Virus record (IMG/VR): IMGVR_UViG_3300045999_007911
Span: 1-29,203 of that record
DNA length: 29,203 nucleotides
Strand: one strand, 5' to 3'
Source of the DNA: a virus
Taxonomy: Duplodnaviria > Caudoviricetes
This document shows positions 1 to 7,016 of this stretch, piece after piece. Position 1 is the first letter of the stretch. Every line of letters begins with the position of its first letter. The notes beneath the pieces are model-generated. The model saw nothing but the letters and a program-made list of their open reading frames with translations, had not been told where the DNA came from and made no database searches. The position numbers and the translations under genes are program-made.

Positions 1-2
1 AA

Positions 3-455
3 GAGCCCAACGACGGCGGCGTTAATGCGGTCATCGTGAAGGAAACCGTCTGCGACATGAGCAGCGTCGCAAACTACGGCCTCAAGCTCCCCGCGACGCC
101 GGGCAACCCGGACACGCAGGCGTTGGATGCGTACCAGGAAAACGCGGCATGGACGCCAACGCCAACTGGCTTTGGTGGCACAGCCCCCACCGTGTTTGCG
201 TCATCATGCACGCGCATCGGCCGACTGGTTATTTGCAACATCGTGCTGACTGCCACGGGCGGCAATCCGTACAGCAGCACATATAGCGGAACGACCATCA
301 ATCTCCCAGTCGCAGCCGCGGCGCTTTGCGCTGCTACACTTTCGCAGGGCACAAACTCGGTGCCAAACGCGACCGTATCCGGCGGAAACATCCTTCTCCC
401 AACGTTCGCGCTTACGACTGTCGCAACCGTCGTGACCGCCCTCTACTACGTATAA
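3..455 (+). CDS. Tail fibre protein, C-terminal part (5'-truncated by window edge)
   Basis: Frame is open from base 3 (EPNDGGVNAVIVKET...). LDAYQE..WTP...TRIGRLV matches the LDxYEEGTWTP...TKIGRxV distal tail-fibre motif; T/G/A-rich beta composition. Confidence 0.75.
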   Translation, partial: EPNDGGVNAVIVKETVCDMSSVANYGLKLPATPGNPDTQALDAYQENAAWTPTPTGFGGTAPTVFASSCTRIGRLVICNIVLTATGGNPYSSTYSGTTINLPVAAAALCAATLSQGTNSVPNATVSGGNILLPTFALTTVATVVTALYYV

Positions 456-464
456 GGTTGAACC

Positions 465-800
465 ATGTTCGCAACCATCGAACCCGTCTCCGTCTTCCCG
501 TCCACGGCCACCGTGCTTTGGATCAACAACGTCAACGTGCAGCCCGGCACGAGCGCGAGCTACCAATGGTGGCTTCAAGACGCCGAGCGCGCGAACCTCA
601 CGACCGGCACCATCAACCTCACGGGCGACGCCTATTCGCAGTGGGGCTCGAATGATGACTACCTGTACACCTACACCGCGCAGCAGCTCGGGCTTACGAT
701 CATCGCCATCGTGCCCGACGCGCCCGCCATCATCGCGCCGCCGCTCCCCGACATGAGCGTGCCGCCGATGGCAGACGAGCCCGCGCCCGTGGTAGGATGA
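465..800 (+). CDS. Small tail-fibre-associated protein (possible fibre chaperone or accessory)
   Basis: ATG with AAGG upstream, directly after the fibre. IEPVSV..., YQWWL...GTINLTGDAYSQWG..DDYLY...QLGLTI resembles small proteins commonly found after such fibres; Pro-rich tail. Confidence 0.6.
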   Translation: MFATIEPVSVFPSTATVLWINNVNVQPGTSASYQWWLQDAERANLTTGTINLTGDAYSQWGSNDDYLYTYTAQQLGLTIIAIVPDAPAIIAPPLPDMSVPPMADEPAPVVG

Positions 801-991
801 CCGCCATGGATCCCAAGACCGCGTTCCAAAACCTGGCCAACCTCGCGGCGTTCGCCACGCAGCGCGGCGGCCTCGAAATGCACCAGGTTGTGGCTCTTCA
901 CGAAAGCCTGACCGTTCTCGCAGGCGTGCTCGGCATCGAGCCCGCAGCGCAGGCCCCCGCCGTGGTGCCAGCGCCCGAGGCCGCGCCGTGA
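797..991 (+). CDS. Small hypothetical helical protein
   Basis: ATGA overlap with upstream gene and GTGA overlap with downstream gene; typical codon use; ends EAAP. Confidence 0.65.
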   Translation: MTAMDPKTAFQNLANLAAFATQRGGLEMHQVVALHESLTVLAGVLGIEPAAQAPAVVPAPEAAP

Positions 992-1221
992 TCATCGCGA
1001 TCGCGTCTCTTGCCATCACCGTCCTCGTCCATTTGGCGGGGGCGGTGTGGTGGGCGTCTCGCATGAGCGAGCAGCTTACGGGCGTGGTCAAGGTGGTCGA
1101 AGAAACGCGCAAGGATATTGCGGTGCTTCGTGGCGAAGTGCAGCGCCACGACACCGCGATCGCCGTCATGCGCGCGCTCGACGCCGCAGACCGGCACAGC
1201 AACGGAGCAGGGCACCCGTGA
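988..1221 (+). CDS. Single-TM plus coiled-coil membrane protein (holin/XhlA-like or inner-spanin-like)
   Basis: GAGG SD and GTGA overlap; hydrophobic N-terminus IIAIASLAITVLVHLAGAVWW followed by heptad-like segment; upstream of endolysin. Confidence 0.55.
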   Translation: MIIAIASLAITVLVHLAGAVWWASRMSEQLTGVVKVVEETRKDIAVLRGEVQRHDTAIAVMRALDAADRHSNGAGHP

Positions 1222-1439
1222 CGCTCGAGGCGCTGGCAACTCACGCGGCGGTATGGTGGCCGATTGTATCGGGCATCCTGAACGTCGTACTGCGCACGCG
1301 AACCCCGGAAGAGTGGGTACGGCGATGCGAAGAGCGCCCGCGCCTCGCGGCGTTCACGCGCCTCGTGCGCTCGATTGGTCTCGACCCGGTTAAGATGGTT
1401 CGAGCTCTTGGAGAGCTCGCAAGTGGGGGTGAAAAGTGA
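1218..1439 (+). CDS. Small putative membrane protein (lysis region)
   Basis: Start reassigned to GTG 1218 (GTGA overlap, GGAG upstream) within track ORF 1047-1439; hydrophobic AAVWWPIVSGILNVVL. Confidence 0.6.
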   Translation: MTLEALATHAAVWWPIVSGILNVVLRTRTPEEWVRRCEERPRLAAFTRLVRSIGLDPVKMVRALGELASGGEK

Positions 1440-1678
1440 ATGGACGCGATTTTGGATTGGTCGCCGTGGCTTGCGTGGGCTTGCTATGCGGCGGGTGTGC
1501 TCACGAGTGCAAGGTGGCCTACCACGCAGCGACGGCGCTCGACGCAGCCTGCGCTTCCGCTGGCTTGGCAACGAGTGATCCTGAGCTCCTCCTCGTGTGC
1601 GCGTCGCAAGCCCTGAGCACGAAGCGCGCGCTTAAATCCGGCAAGTGTGCCGCCGAAACGAGCGGGCTTTACCCATGA
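1436..1678 (+). CDS. Cys-rich putative lipoprotein (outer-spanin-like position)
   Basis: Signal-like N-terminus MNGRDFGLVAVACVGLLCGG-C with lipobox-like LCGGC; four further Cys; overlaps on both sides. Confidence 0.5.
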   Translation: MNGRDFGLVAVACVGLLCGGCAHECKVAYHAATALDAACASAGLATSDPELLLVCASQALSTKRALKSGKCAAETSGLYP

Positions 1679-1953
1679 CCGACACGCTTAAACTCGTCGA
1701 GGCCGCGGTGCGCTTGGCGCTCGTGCTTTGGCAGTGGATTACCGACGAGGCCCACGAGCAGCCCGTGAGCGCCTCCCTCGTGGCCCTCGTGACGATGCTC
1801 GACACGCGCCCCGACGTGCGAGCCGAGCTCGTGGCGCGCGCACGCGTCAACGTGGCTTTGCGCGAGCAGCTCATCGACCTCTGCGACGCTTACGCGGAGG
1901 ACTGGCCCATCCTCGCCACGACGAAACAGGAGATCGAACATGCCGCTGGGTAA
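1675..1953 (+). CDS. Hypothetical protein
   Basis: ATG 1675 overlaps upstream TGA (ATGA); MTDTLKLVEAAVRLALVLWQW...; typical codon use. Confidence 0.6.
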   Translation: MTDTLKLVEAAVRLALVLWQWITDEAHEQPVSASLVALVTMLDTRPDVRAELVARARVNVALREQLIDLCDAYAEDWPILATTKQEIEHAAG

Positions 1954-2086
1954 AGACATCGGGAAGAACATCAAAGAGCTCCAGGCCGACAACAAGAAGA
2001 AGGGCAAGGCGAAGGGCTACAAGGGCAAAGCGCGCCCCATGAAGCAGATCATCGCGATCGCCCTCGAGGCCGCCCGCGGCAAATGA
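1940..2086 (+). CDS. 48-aa highly basic protein (MPL-K...NI.EL...KQ..AIAL type); not in ORF track
   Basis: AGGAG SD; translates MPLGKDIGKNIKELQADNKKKGKAKGYKGKARPMKQIIAIALEAARGK; its TGA overlaps the next ATG. Confidence 0.75.
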   Translation: MPLGKDIGKNIKELQADNKKKGKAKGYKGKARPMKQIIAIALEAARGK

Positions 2087-2436
2087 GCAAGTACGAGAAC
2101 CCGAGGGGCGGGCTCACGGCCGCTGGCCGCGCGAAGTTCAAGCGCGAGGAGGGCGCGAACCTCAAGCCAGGCGTCAAAGGCCCCGCCGATACGCCCGAGA
2201 AGATGCGCCGCAAAGGGAGCTTCCTCGCGCGCTTCTACGGGCGCGACGACGTGCCGCCGCTGACGAAGCCCAACGGCGAGCCCACGCGCTACGCGCTCGC
2301 CGCGCGTGCATGGGGCGAGAACGCGCCGACGACGCTATCCGCGGTGCGTGCGCTTGCGGCAAAGGGCCGCCGTCTTCTCGACCGTTACGCCGTGATTCGC
2401 GTCGCACGCGACCACGCTCGCGGGCCGAAGAAGTGA
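2083..2436 (+). CDS. Basic phage protein, DUF6321-like
   Basis: NPRGGLTAAGRAKF...G.NLKPGVK...RRKGSFLARF...GEPTR.AL...AWG motif typical of this family. Confidence 0.7.
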   Translation: MSKYENPRGGLTAAGRAKFKREEGANLKPGVKGPADTPEKMRRKGSFLARFYGRDDVPPLTKPNGEPTRYALAARAWGENAPTTLSAVRALAAKGRRLLDRYAVIRVARDHARGPKK

Positions 2437-3272
2437 CCGCGCGCGAGCTCCCTGCTAGGGCGACGCCGGTGGACCCCGCCGCGCTCTACCTCGCCCTCCG
2501 CCTGGAGCTCTCGCACCAGCTCGGCGCAACGCCACCGCGTGAAGCGACAACCATCCTTCTCGGGCAGATGGCCTTGGAGACGGGCCGGTTTAAATCGGCC
2601 ATGAACCACAACCTTGGCGGCATCAAATGCCCGAAGAATTGGCCCGGGTGCTGGCAACACTTCACGACCACGGAGCGCCTCCCCATCGCGACGGCGCAGA
2701 AGTATTTGGCCGAGGTGCCACCGGATGCGACCGTCGAGATCGTCACGCGTGACGGCGACGTGTGGACGCTGCGCTTTCGCGGAAAGCACCCGGTCAACCG
2801 CTTCGTGGCCTTTGAGAGCCTCGAGGCCGCCGTGGAACATCACGTAGCGTTTCTCCTCGGGCGCTACCGCTCCGCCGTGGAGCTCGCCATGACGACCCGC
2901 AGCGCCGAGGCATACGTGCGCCGGTGCTACGAGCTCCGCTATTTCACCGCCGACCCGGACGGCTACGCGAAGAGCGTGGCGAGCCTGGCGCGCGAGTATG
3001 CCCGCACGTTGCCGCCGGACCCCGTTCCCGCTCCTACGCGCCCCGTAGAGCCACTCGTGAGCCTCGCGGCCACCGTGCCCGCACCGGAGCCGCAAACGCC
3101 CCGTGTCGAGGCTCCTGCGCAGCCTGGCGAGCCCGCGCCGTCACCGGCCCCGCCGCTGGCACCCGTGGCGCTCCCGCGCATCGGCGAACCGCTCGTGACG
3201 CCGCCGCGCCCGTGGTGGCTCCGCGTGCTCGTGTGGCTTGCGCGTCTCGTGGTTCGTCGCCCGCTCCCGTGA
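2433..3272 (+). CDS. Endolysin: GH73 glucosaminidase/muramidase-like domain, Pro-rich linker, hydrophobic-basic C-terminus
   Basis: GTG 2433 overlaps upstream stop. Motifs GQMALETG (catalytic Glu), HNLGGIK, FVAFESLEAAVEHHVAFL..RY and YFTADPDGY parallel GH73 AQAALES/TG, NNLFGIK, FxxY.S...., YATDPxY. Confidence 0.8.
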   Translation: MTARELPARATPVDPAALYLALRLELSHQLGATPPREATTILLGQMALETGRFKSAMNHNLGGIKCPKNWPGCWQHFTTTERLPIATAQKYLAEVPPDATVEIVTRDGDVWTLRFRGKHPVNRFVAFESLEAAVEHHVAFLLGRYRSAVELAMTTRSAEAYVRRCYELRYFTADPDGYAKSVASLAREYARTLPPDPVPAPTRPVEPLVSLAATVPAPEPQTPRVEAPAQPGEPAPSPAPPLAPVALPRIGEPLVTPPRPWWLRVLVWLARLVVRRPLP

Positions 3273-3309
3273 GCGAATCACCTGAGCAAACGAAAAAACG
3301 TCTCCTAAT

Positions 3310-3329
3310 GTGTTAACGTACGTTGACAC
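3310..3329. promoter_or_regulatory. Palindromic operator O1, GTGTTAACGTACGTTGACAC
   Basis: 20-bp inverted repeat with one mismatched pair and perfect core AACGTACGTT; 18 bp (3312-3329) are identical to 5804-5821. Confidence 0.8.
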
Positions 3330-3351
3330 GATGCGCGGGCGTGCGTATGGT
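3323..3351 (+). promoter_or_regulatory. Sigma70-type early promoter
   Basis: TTGACA (3323-3328), 17 bp, TATGGT (3346-3351); A-tract (UP-like) at about 3288-3298; intergenic, upstream of recombination operon. Confidence 0.8.
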
Positions 3352-3398
3352 TTCCGAAGACAGGGAAGCGCGATTCCCCAAACGCGCAGGAGACCATC

Positions 3399-3626
3399 AT
3401 GCAAACGATTGTCCGTGGAACCGAAGCCATCGCCCTCGCCGCCGCCCTCGGCGTCACGCTCTGCAAGTACGCTGACCCCATCGAGAACGCTCGCGAGGGG
3501 CTGACGGTCGAAGAGGCAACGGAGATCGCCCGCGAAGACGCCGGCCTGATTTGGCTTTCGGTCGACGACGAGGCCGCGCCTGACTTCGACGACGCGGAGA
3601 CCTTCGGCCGTGAGGTGTGGTCGTGA
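3399..3626 (+). CDS. Small acidic early protein, unknown function
   Basis: AGGAG SD; first gene after promoter; GTGA overlap downstream. Confidence 0.75.
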   Translation: MQTIVRGTEAIALAAALGVTLCKYADPIENAREGLTVEEATEIAREDAGLIWLSVDDEAAPDFDDAETFGREVWS

Positions 3627-3715
3627 CCCGCGGCGAAGTGTTCGGGGAGCTCCTCGGCATCCTCGTCACCTTCGCGTGCATGGCCGCGATGGTGCTCGTG
3701 TGGGCCGCCCTCTGA
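3623..3715 (+). CDS. 30-aa single-TM peptide; not in ORF track
   Basis: GAGGTG SD and GTGA overlap; MTRGEVFGELLGILVTFACMAAMVLVWAAL. Confidence 0.6.
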   Translation: MTRGEVFGELLGILVTFACMAAMVLVWAAL

Positions 3716-3716
3716 C

Positions 3717-3756
3717 GTTGCTACTGCGCCCGAGGCCCTCGGGCGTAGCAGGCAGC
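3717..3756 (+). other. Intergenic RNA hairpin (processing or stability element)
   Basis: CTGCGCCCGAG-GCC-CTCGGGCGTAG 11-bp stem with one G-U, extendable by GTTGC/GCAGC; no U-tract. Confidence 0.5.
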
Positions 3757-3783
3757 GCCACACGGCGTTCGCAGGAGACCAAC

Positions 3784-4368
3784 ATGGCAACGACGAAGAC
3801 GACGACCAACGAAGAGCGCCCGCGCACCATCGCGGACGCGCTCGCCGCGGCTCAAGCCGAGCTCACCGACCCGGCAAAGGATAGCATCAACCCGCACTTC
3901 AAGAGCCGCTACGCGGACCTCGCGACGGTCCTCAAGACCGTGCGCCCCGTGCTCGCCAAGCACGGCATCGCCGTCACGCAGACCACGCGCGTGGAGGACG
4001 ACGGCCGCGTGCTCCTCGTCACGCGACTGCACTGGCACGACGAGGAGATCGTCGGCTACTACCCCGTGAGCCCGACGAAGAACGACCCGCAGGGCCTCGG
4101 GTCCGCCATGACCTACGCGCGCCGCTACACGCTCCAGGCGATGGTCGGCGTTGCGGCTGACGAGGACGACGACGGCAACGCGGCCAGCGTCAAGCCGAGC
4201 GCCTCGCAGGTCGACGCGCTTGCGGAGTTCATCGCCAAGGTGAAGGCGTGCAACGACGTGGACGAGCTCCGCACGTGGCGCGCGGACGCGGCTCGCTTGG
4301 GCGCAGCGGCAACCGCGGCCCTTAACGCCCGCGGCCAGTTCCTCAAGGCCGCAGCGGAGGCACCTTGA
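3784..4368 (+). CDS. erf: ERF-family ssDNA annealing protein
   Basis: KDS.NPHFKSRYADL..V...VRPVL.KHGI...Q and Q..GSAMTYARRY.L..M.G.A.DEDDDGN are ERF signatures; ATG 3784 with AGGAG. Confidence 0.92.
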   Translation: MATTKTTTNEERPRTIADALAAAQAELTDPAKDSINPHFKSRYADLATVLKTVRPVLAKHGIAVTQTTRVEDDGRVLLVTRLHWHDEEIVGYYPVSPTKNDPQGLGSAMTYARRYTLQAMVGVAADEDDDGNAASVKPSASQVDALAEFIAKVKACNDVDELRTWRADAARLGAAATAALNARGQFLKAAAEAP

Positions 4369-5393
4369 ACCGCGTCACCGCCAGCGGCGCGGGCCGCCTG
4401 CTCCAGTGCTCCGGTCACGTGCGCCTTCCGTGGCTCCGTGAGAACAGCGCCGCGGCTTCCGAGGGCACGCGCCTGCACGCCATCATGGAGACGATGCGTG
4501 GCGACGCTACCGCCAGCGACGAGATGCGCGGCGAACCGCTCGCGCTCGCGGCCTGGAACGAGCTCGAATCGACGATCCTCTCGGGCTACGGAGAGGTCAC
4601 GCACCTTGAGCATGAGGCCGCGTTCATCCTCGACACGGAGACCCGCACGGGCCGCCGCGTCACGTTGGCCGCCCCGCGCGAATACGGGCCGCTCAAGTGG
4701 CACGAGGTGGCCGGCACCGCTGACGCGCTCGTGTGGATTGAGCCGCACGACCGCGGCCAGGTCGTCCCGCTCCTCGTGGACTGGAAGTTCGGCATGGAGC
4801 CCGTGCAGGCCGACTCGGCGCAGCTCCGCACCCTCGGCGCGGCGTTCCTGACGACGCCCGCCATGGCCGAACACGAAGGGCTGCACGTGGCCATCGTGCA
4901 AAGCAACGAGTCGGGAGTGGACGTGCGCATCGGGTACTGGACCCGCGCGGACCTCCTCGCGCACACCGAGCTCCTCGGCGACGCGCTCAACGACGCAAAC
5001 GAGGGGCGCATCGAGCTCCAGCGCGGCCCCGAGTGTCGCTACTGCCCGGCGGCGAACGCGTGCCCGTCGCAGCTGGCGGCCATGTCCGTCATCGTCTCGC
5101 CGGGCGGCCCCGGTCCGATCACGCTCGACCGCGCGGGCCAGATCTGGGCAGAGCTCAAGCAGGCGAAGAAGCGCCTGGAGGCCATCGAGGACGCGTGCAA
5201 GGCGCTGGCCGAGCAGGAGGGCGGGCTTCCGCTCCCCGGCGGTAAACGCCTCGTGCTCGCCACGCGCTCGCGCTCCAGCGTCGACGCGAAGCAGCTAGAG
5301 GCCATCGCACGCGGCCACGGTGCAAGCGACGAGGAGATCGACGCGTGCCGGAAGACGACGACCTACACCACAACCCAGGAGATCAAAGCATGA
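4365..5393 (+). CDS. PD-(D/E)XK exonuclease, DUF2800/Cas4-like
   Basis: S...R..QC, A.EGT.LH...E, GTAD, VDWKFG, QL, and C-terminal CRYCP...ACP (4-Cys Fe-S-type arrangement); TTG start overlapping ERF stop. Confidence 0.85.
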   Translation: MNRVTASGAGRLLQCSGHVRLPWLRENSAAASEGTRLHAIMETMRGDATASDEMRGEPLALAAWNELESTILSGYGEVTHLEHEAAFILDTETRTGRRVTLAAPREYGPLKWHEVAGTADALVWIEPHDRGQVVPLLVDWKFGMEPVQADSAQLRTLGAAFLTTPAMAEHEGLHVAIVQSNESGVDVRIGYWTRADLLAHTELLGDALNDANEGRIELQRGPECRYCPAANACPSQLAAMSVIVSPGGPGPITLDRAGQIWAELKQAKKRLEAIEDACKALAEQEGGLPLPGGKRLVLATRSRSSVDAKQLEAIARGHGASDEEIDACRKTTTYTTTQEIKA

Positions 5394-5755
5394 GCATCGA
5401 AGAACGTTTGGCCGCACTTGAAGCGGCGGTATTTGGCAAGGGCGGAGCCCGCAAGGGCGCGAAGCCCATGACCGTCAACATCGACGACCCCAAGTGGGGC
5501 GACCCGGAAATCAAGTACGTGCCCAAGAAGTGGGACGGGCCGAGCCCCGCGGGGCAACGCATGAGCCAGTGCTCGGTGCGGTTCCTCGAGTTCCTCGCGG
5601 GCGAGCTCGAGCGCAGCGCCGCGTGGAAGGACAACAACGGCAAGAGCGAGCACGCCGAATGGGACCGCCGCGACATGGCCAAGGCGAAGGCGTGGGCCGA
5701 GCGCAAGCGGAGCCAGGGCGAGGGCAGCCTCGACGACACCGACGACCTCTTTTGA
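5390..5755 (+). CDS. Hypothetical protein with SSB-like acidic C-terminal tip (DDTDDLF)
   Basis: ATG 5390 (ATGA overlap, AGGAG upstream); last gene of recombination operon. Confidence 0.7.
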   Translation: MSIEERLAALEAAVFGKGGARKGAKPMTVNIDDPKWGDPEIKYVPKKWDGPSPAGQRMSQCSVRFLEFLAGELERSAAWKDNNGKSEHAEWDRRDMAKAKAWAERKRSQGEGSLDDTDDLF

Positions 5756-5767
5756 CCTGCAACGCTC

Positions 5768-5796
5768 GGGGCGGCTTCGGTCGCCCCTTGCGTGTT
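5768..5796 (+). terminator. Probable intrinsic terminator
   Basis: GGGGCGGC-TTCG-GTCGCCCC 8-bp stem with cUUCGg tetraloop, followed by weak TTGCGTGTT tail. Confidence 0.55.
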
Positions 5797-5823
5797 CCCA
5801 TCCGTTAACGTACGTTGACACCA
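5788..5823 (+). promoter_or_regulatory. Putative promoter of leaderless HTH transcript, overlapped by operator O2 (5804-5821)
   Basis: TTGCGT (5788-5793), 17 bp, TACGTT (5811-5816); +1 falls at the A of ATG 5823; no SD upstream; contains GTTAACGTACGTTGACAC. Confidence 0.65.
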
Positions 5824-6017
5824 TGAAGGCAATTAACCAAAGCCCGCTGACGATGACGGAGATCGCCGCAGCGGCCGGCATCAGCCGCACCGGCCTCTAC
5901 CTATGGTTGCGCCGTCCCGGCATGGGCCGCGCCGATACGGCGCAGCGCATCGCAAAGGTGCTCGGCGTGACCGTGGAGGAGCTCCTTCGCCAAAAGGCCC
6001 GCCGTGCTCGTGCTTGA
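5823..6017 (+). CDS. Cro/C1-type HTH transcriptional regulator
   Basis: LTMTEIAAAAGISRTGLYLW...TAQRIAKVLGVTVEEL is a typical XRE/HTH_3 pattern. Confidence 0.88.
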   Translation: MKAINQSPLTMTEIAAAAGISRTGLYLWLRRPGMGRADTAQRIAKVLGVTVEELLRQKARRARA

Positions 6018-6432
6018 CCTGACCGGCCAACGCTTCGGGCTTTTGACGGCGTGCGAGCGTCGCCCAACGCCACCGAGCGACCGGAAGAAGAACCGGTATT
6101 GGGAGTGCGTGTGTGAATGCGGCCAGCGCGTCACGGTGCGCGCGAATCACCTGCGATCGGGCGCAACCCGCTCGTGCGGATGCAAGCGTACCTACGACCT
6201 ATGGGGCCAGCGATTCGGCCGCCTGGTCGTGGTCGACCGCTCGGAAAAGCAACTTGACGGCCTGCGCCGTTGGGTGTGCGAGTGCGACTGCGGAGCCCGC
6301 AACGTGCTGCGCTTCGGGTGGCAGCTCCGCGCACGCGATTCGGTCTCGTGCGGCTGCGCGCTCCGTGATGCGCAAGCCGAGTTTGCAGCGCGCGCCCTTA
6401 AGGCGCGGAGGAGAGAACCATGCGAACCGTAG
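6004..6432 (+). CDS. Two tandem Zn-ribbon repeats of the type found N-terminal to HNH/AP2 domains; no nuclease domain
   Basis: DLTGQRFG.L...W.C.CECG.....L.SG...SCGC occurs twice; GGAGGAG SD. Confidence 0.75.
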   Translation: MLVLDLTGQRFGLLTACERRPTPPSDRKKNRYWECVCECGQRVTVRANHLRSGATRSCGCKRTYDLWGQRFGRLVVVDRSEKQLDGLRRWVCECDCGARNVLRFGWQLRARDSVSCGCALRDAQAEFAARALKARRREPCEP

Positions 6433-7016
6433 AAGAATTGGAAGCCCTCTTGGAGGTGACCACGCGCGAACGCGACGACGCACGAACGCAACTCGCCATG
6501 GTTGAAGCATGGCACAAGCAGATGTGCAGCAGCGCCGAGCGCGGGTGGGCGCAAGAGGCCGAGAGGACGCGCGAGCGCGACGAAGCGCGCGCCGAGGTGG
6601 AGCGGCTTTCCGACGCGAGCACGCATTGGCAGGTGATGCTCAAGCGCGAGACGGAAGAGGTGGAGCGCCTTCAGGTTGCGTGTCACGCATGGGCCGAGGA
6701 CATGCGCGAGGCTGGCCGACTGTGCGAGCAGGCAGGCAACGAGATGCCAATCGACGCGGTGCGACGCTTCGTGAGCAGTAAGACCGCCATCGTGGACATG
6801 CTGCAAGACCGCTTGGGCGAAGCGCGCTCCGAGGTGGACCGCCTCACCGACGAACGCGACGAGCTTCTCGTCCGCGTGGCCAACCAGGACGCGGAGCTTC
6901 GCGCGACGCGGGAAGCGTACGCTGACGCCTACCGACGCGGAGTGGACACCGGCGTGGAGGCCATGCGCGAGTCGTGGTGTCGGATACGCGCCCTGCCGAT
7001 CCCGGAGGAACCGTGA
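6420..7016 (+). CDS. Repetitive coiled-coil accessory protein
   Basis: Recurrent ERD(D/E)AR and EV(E/D)RL units; GGAGGAG SD. Confidence 0.75.
   Translation: MRTVEELEALLEVTTRERDDARTQLAMVEAWHKQMCSSAERGWAQEAERTRERDEARAEVERLSDASTHWQVMLKRETEEVERLQVACHAWAEDMREAGRLCEQAGNEMPIDAVRRFVSSKTAIVDMLQDRLGEARSEVDRLTDERDELLVRVANQDAELRATREAYADAYRRGVDTGVEAMRESWCRIRALPIPEEP

Noticed and set aside
3-455. Diversity-generating retroelement target in the fibre tip
   Set aside because: No reverse transcriptase or template-repeat copy seen in the window.
204-1571. 455-aa minus-strand ORF
   Set aside because: Arg-rich shadow of several coherent, translationally coupled + strand genes; no motifs.
4365-5393. Cas4-like nuclease as evidence of CRISPR-Cas
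   Set aside because: No repeat-spacer array or other cas genes; its context beside ERF indicates a recombination exonuclease.
5815-5843. TTGACA in operator O2 acting as a -35
   Set aside because: No -10-like hexamer at 16-18 bp spacing, and it would initiate inside the HTH gene.
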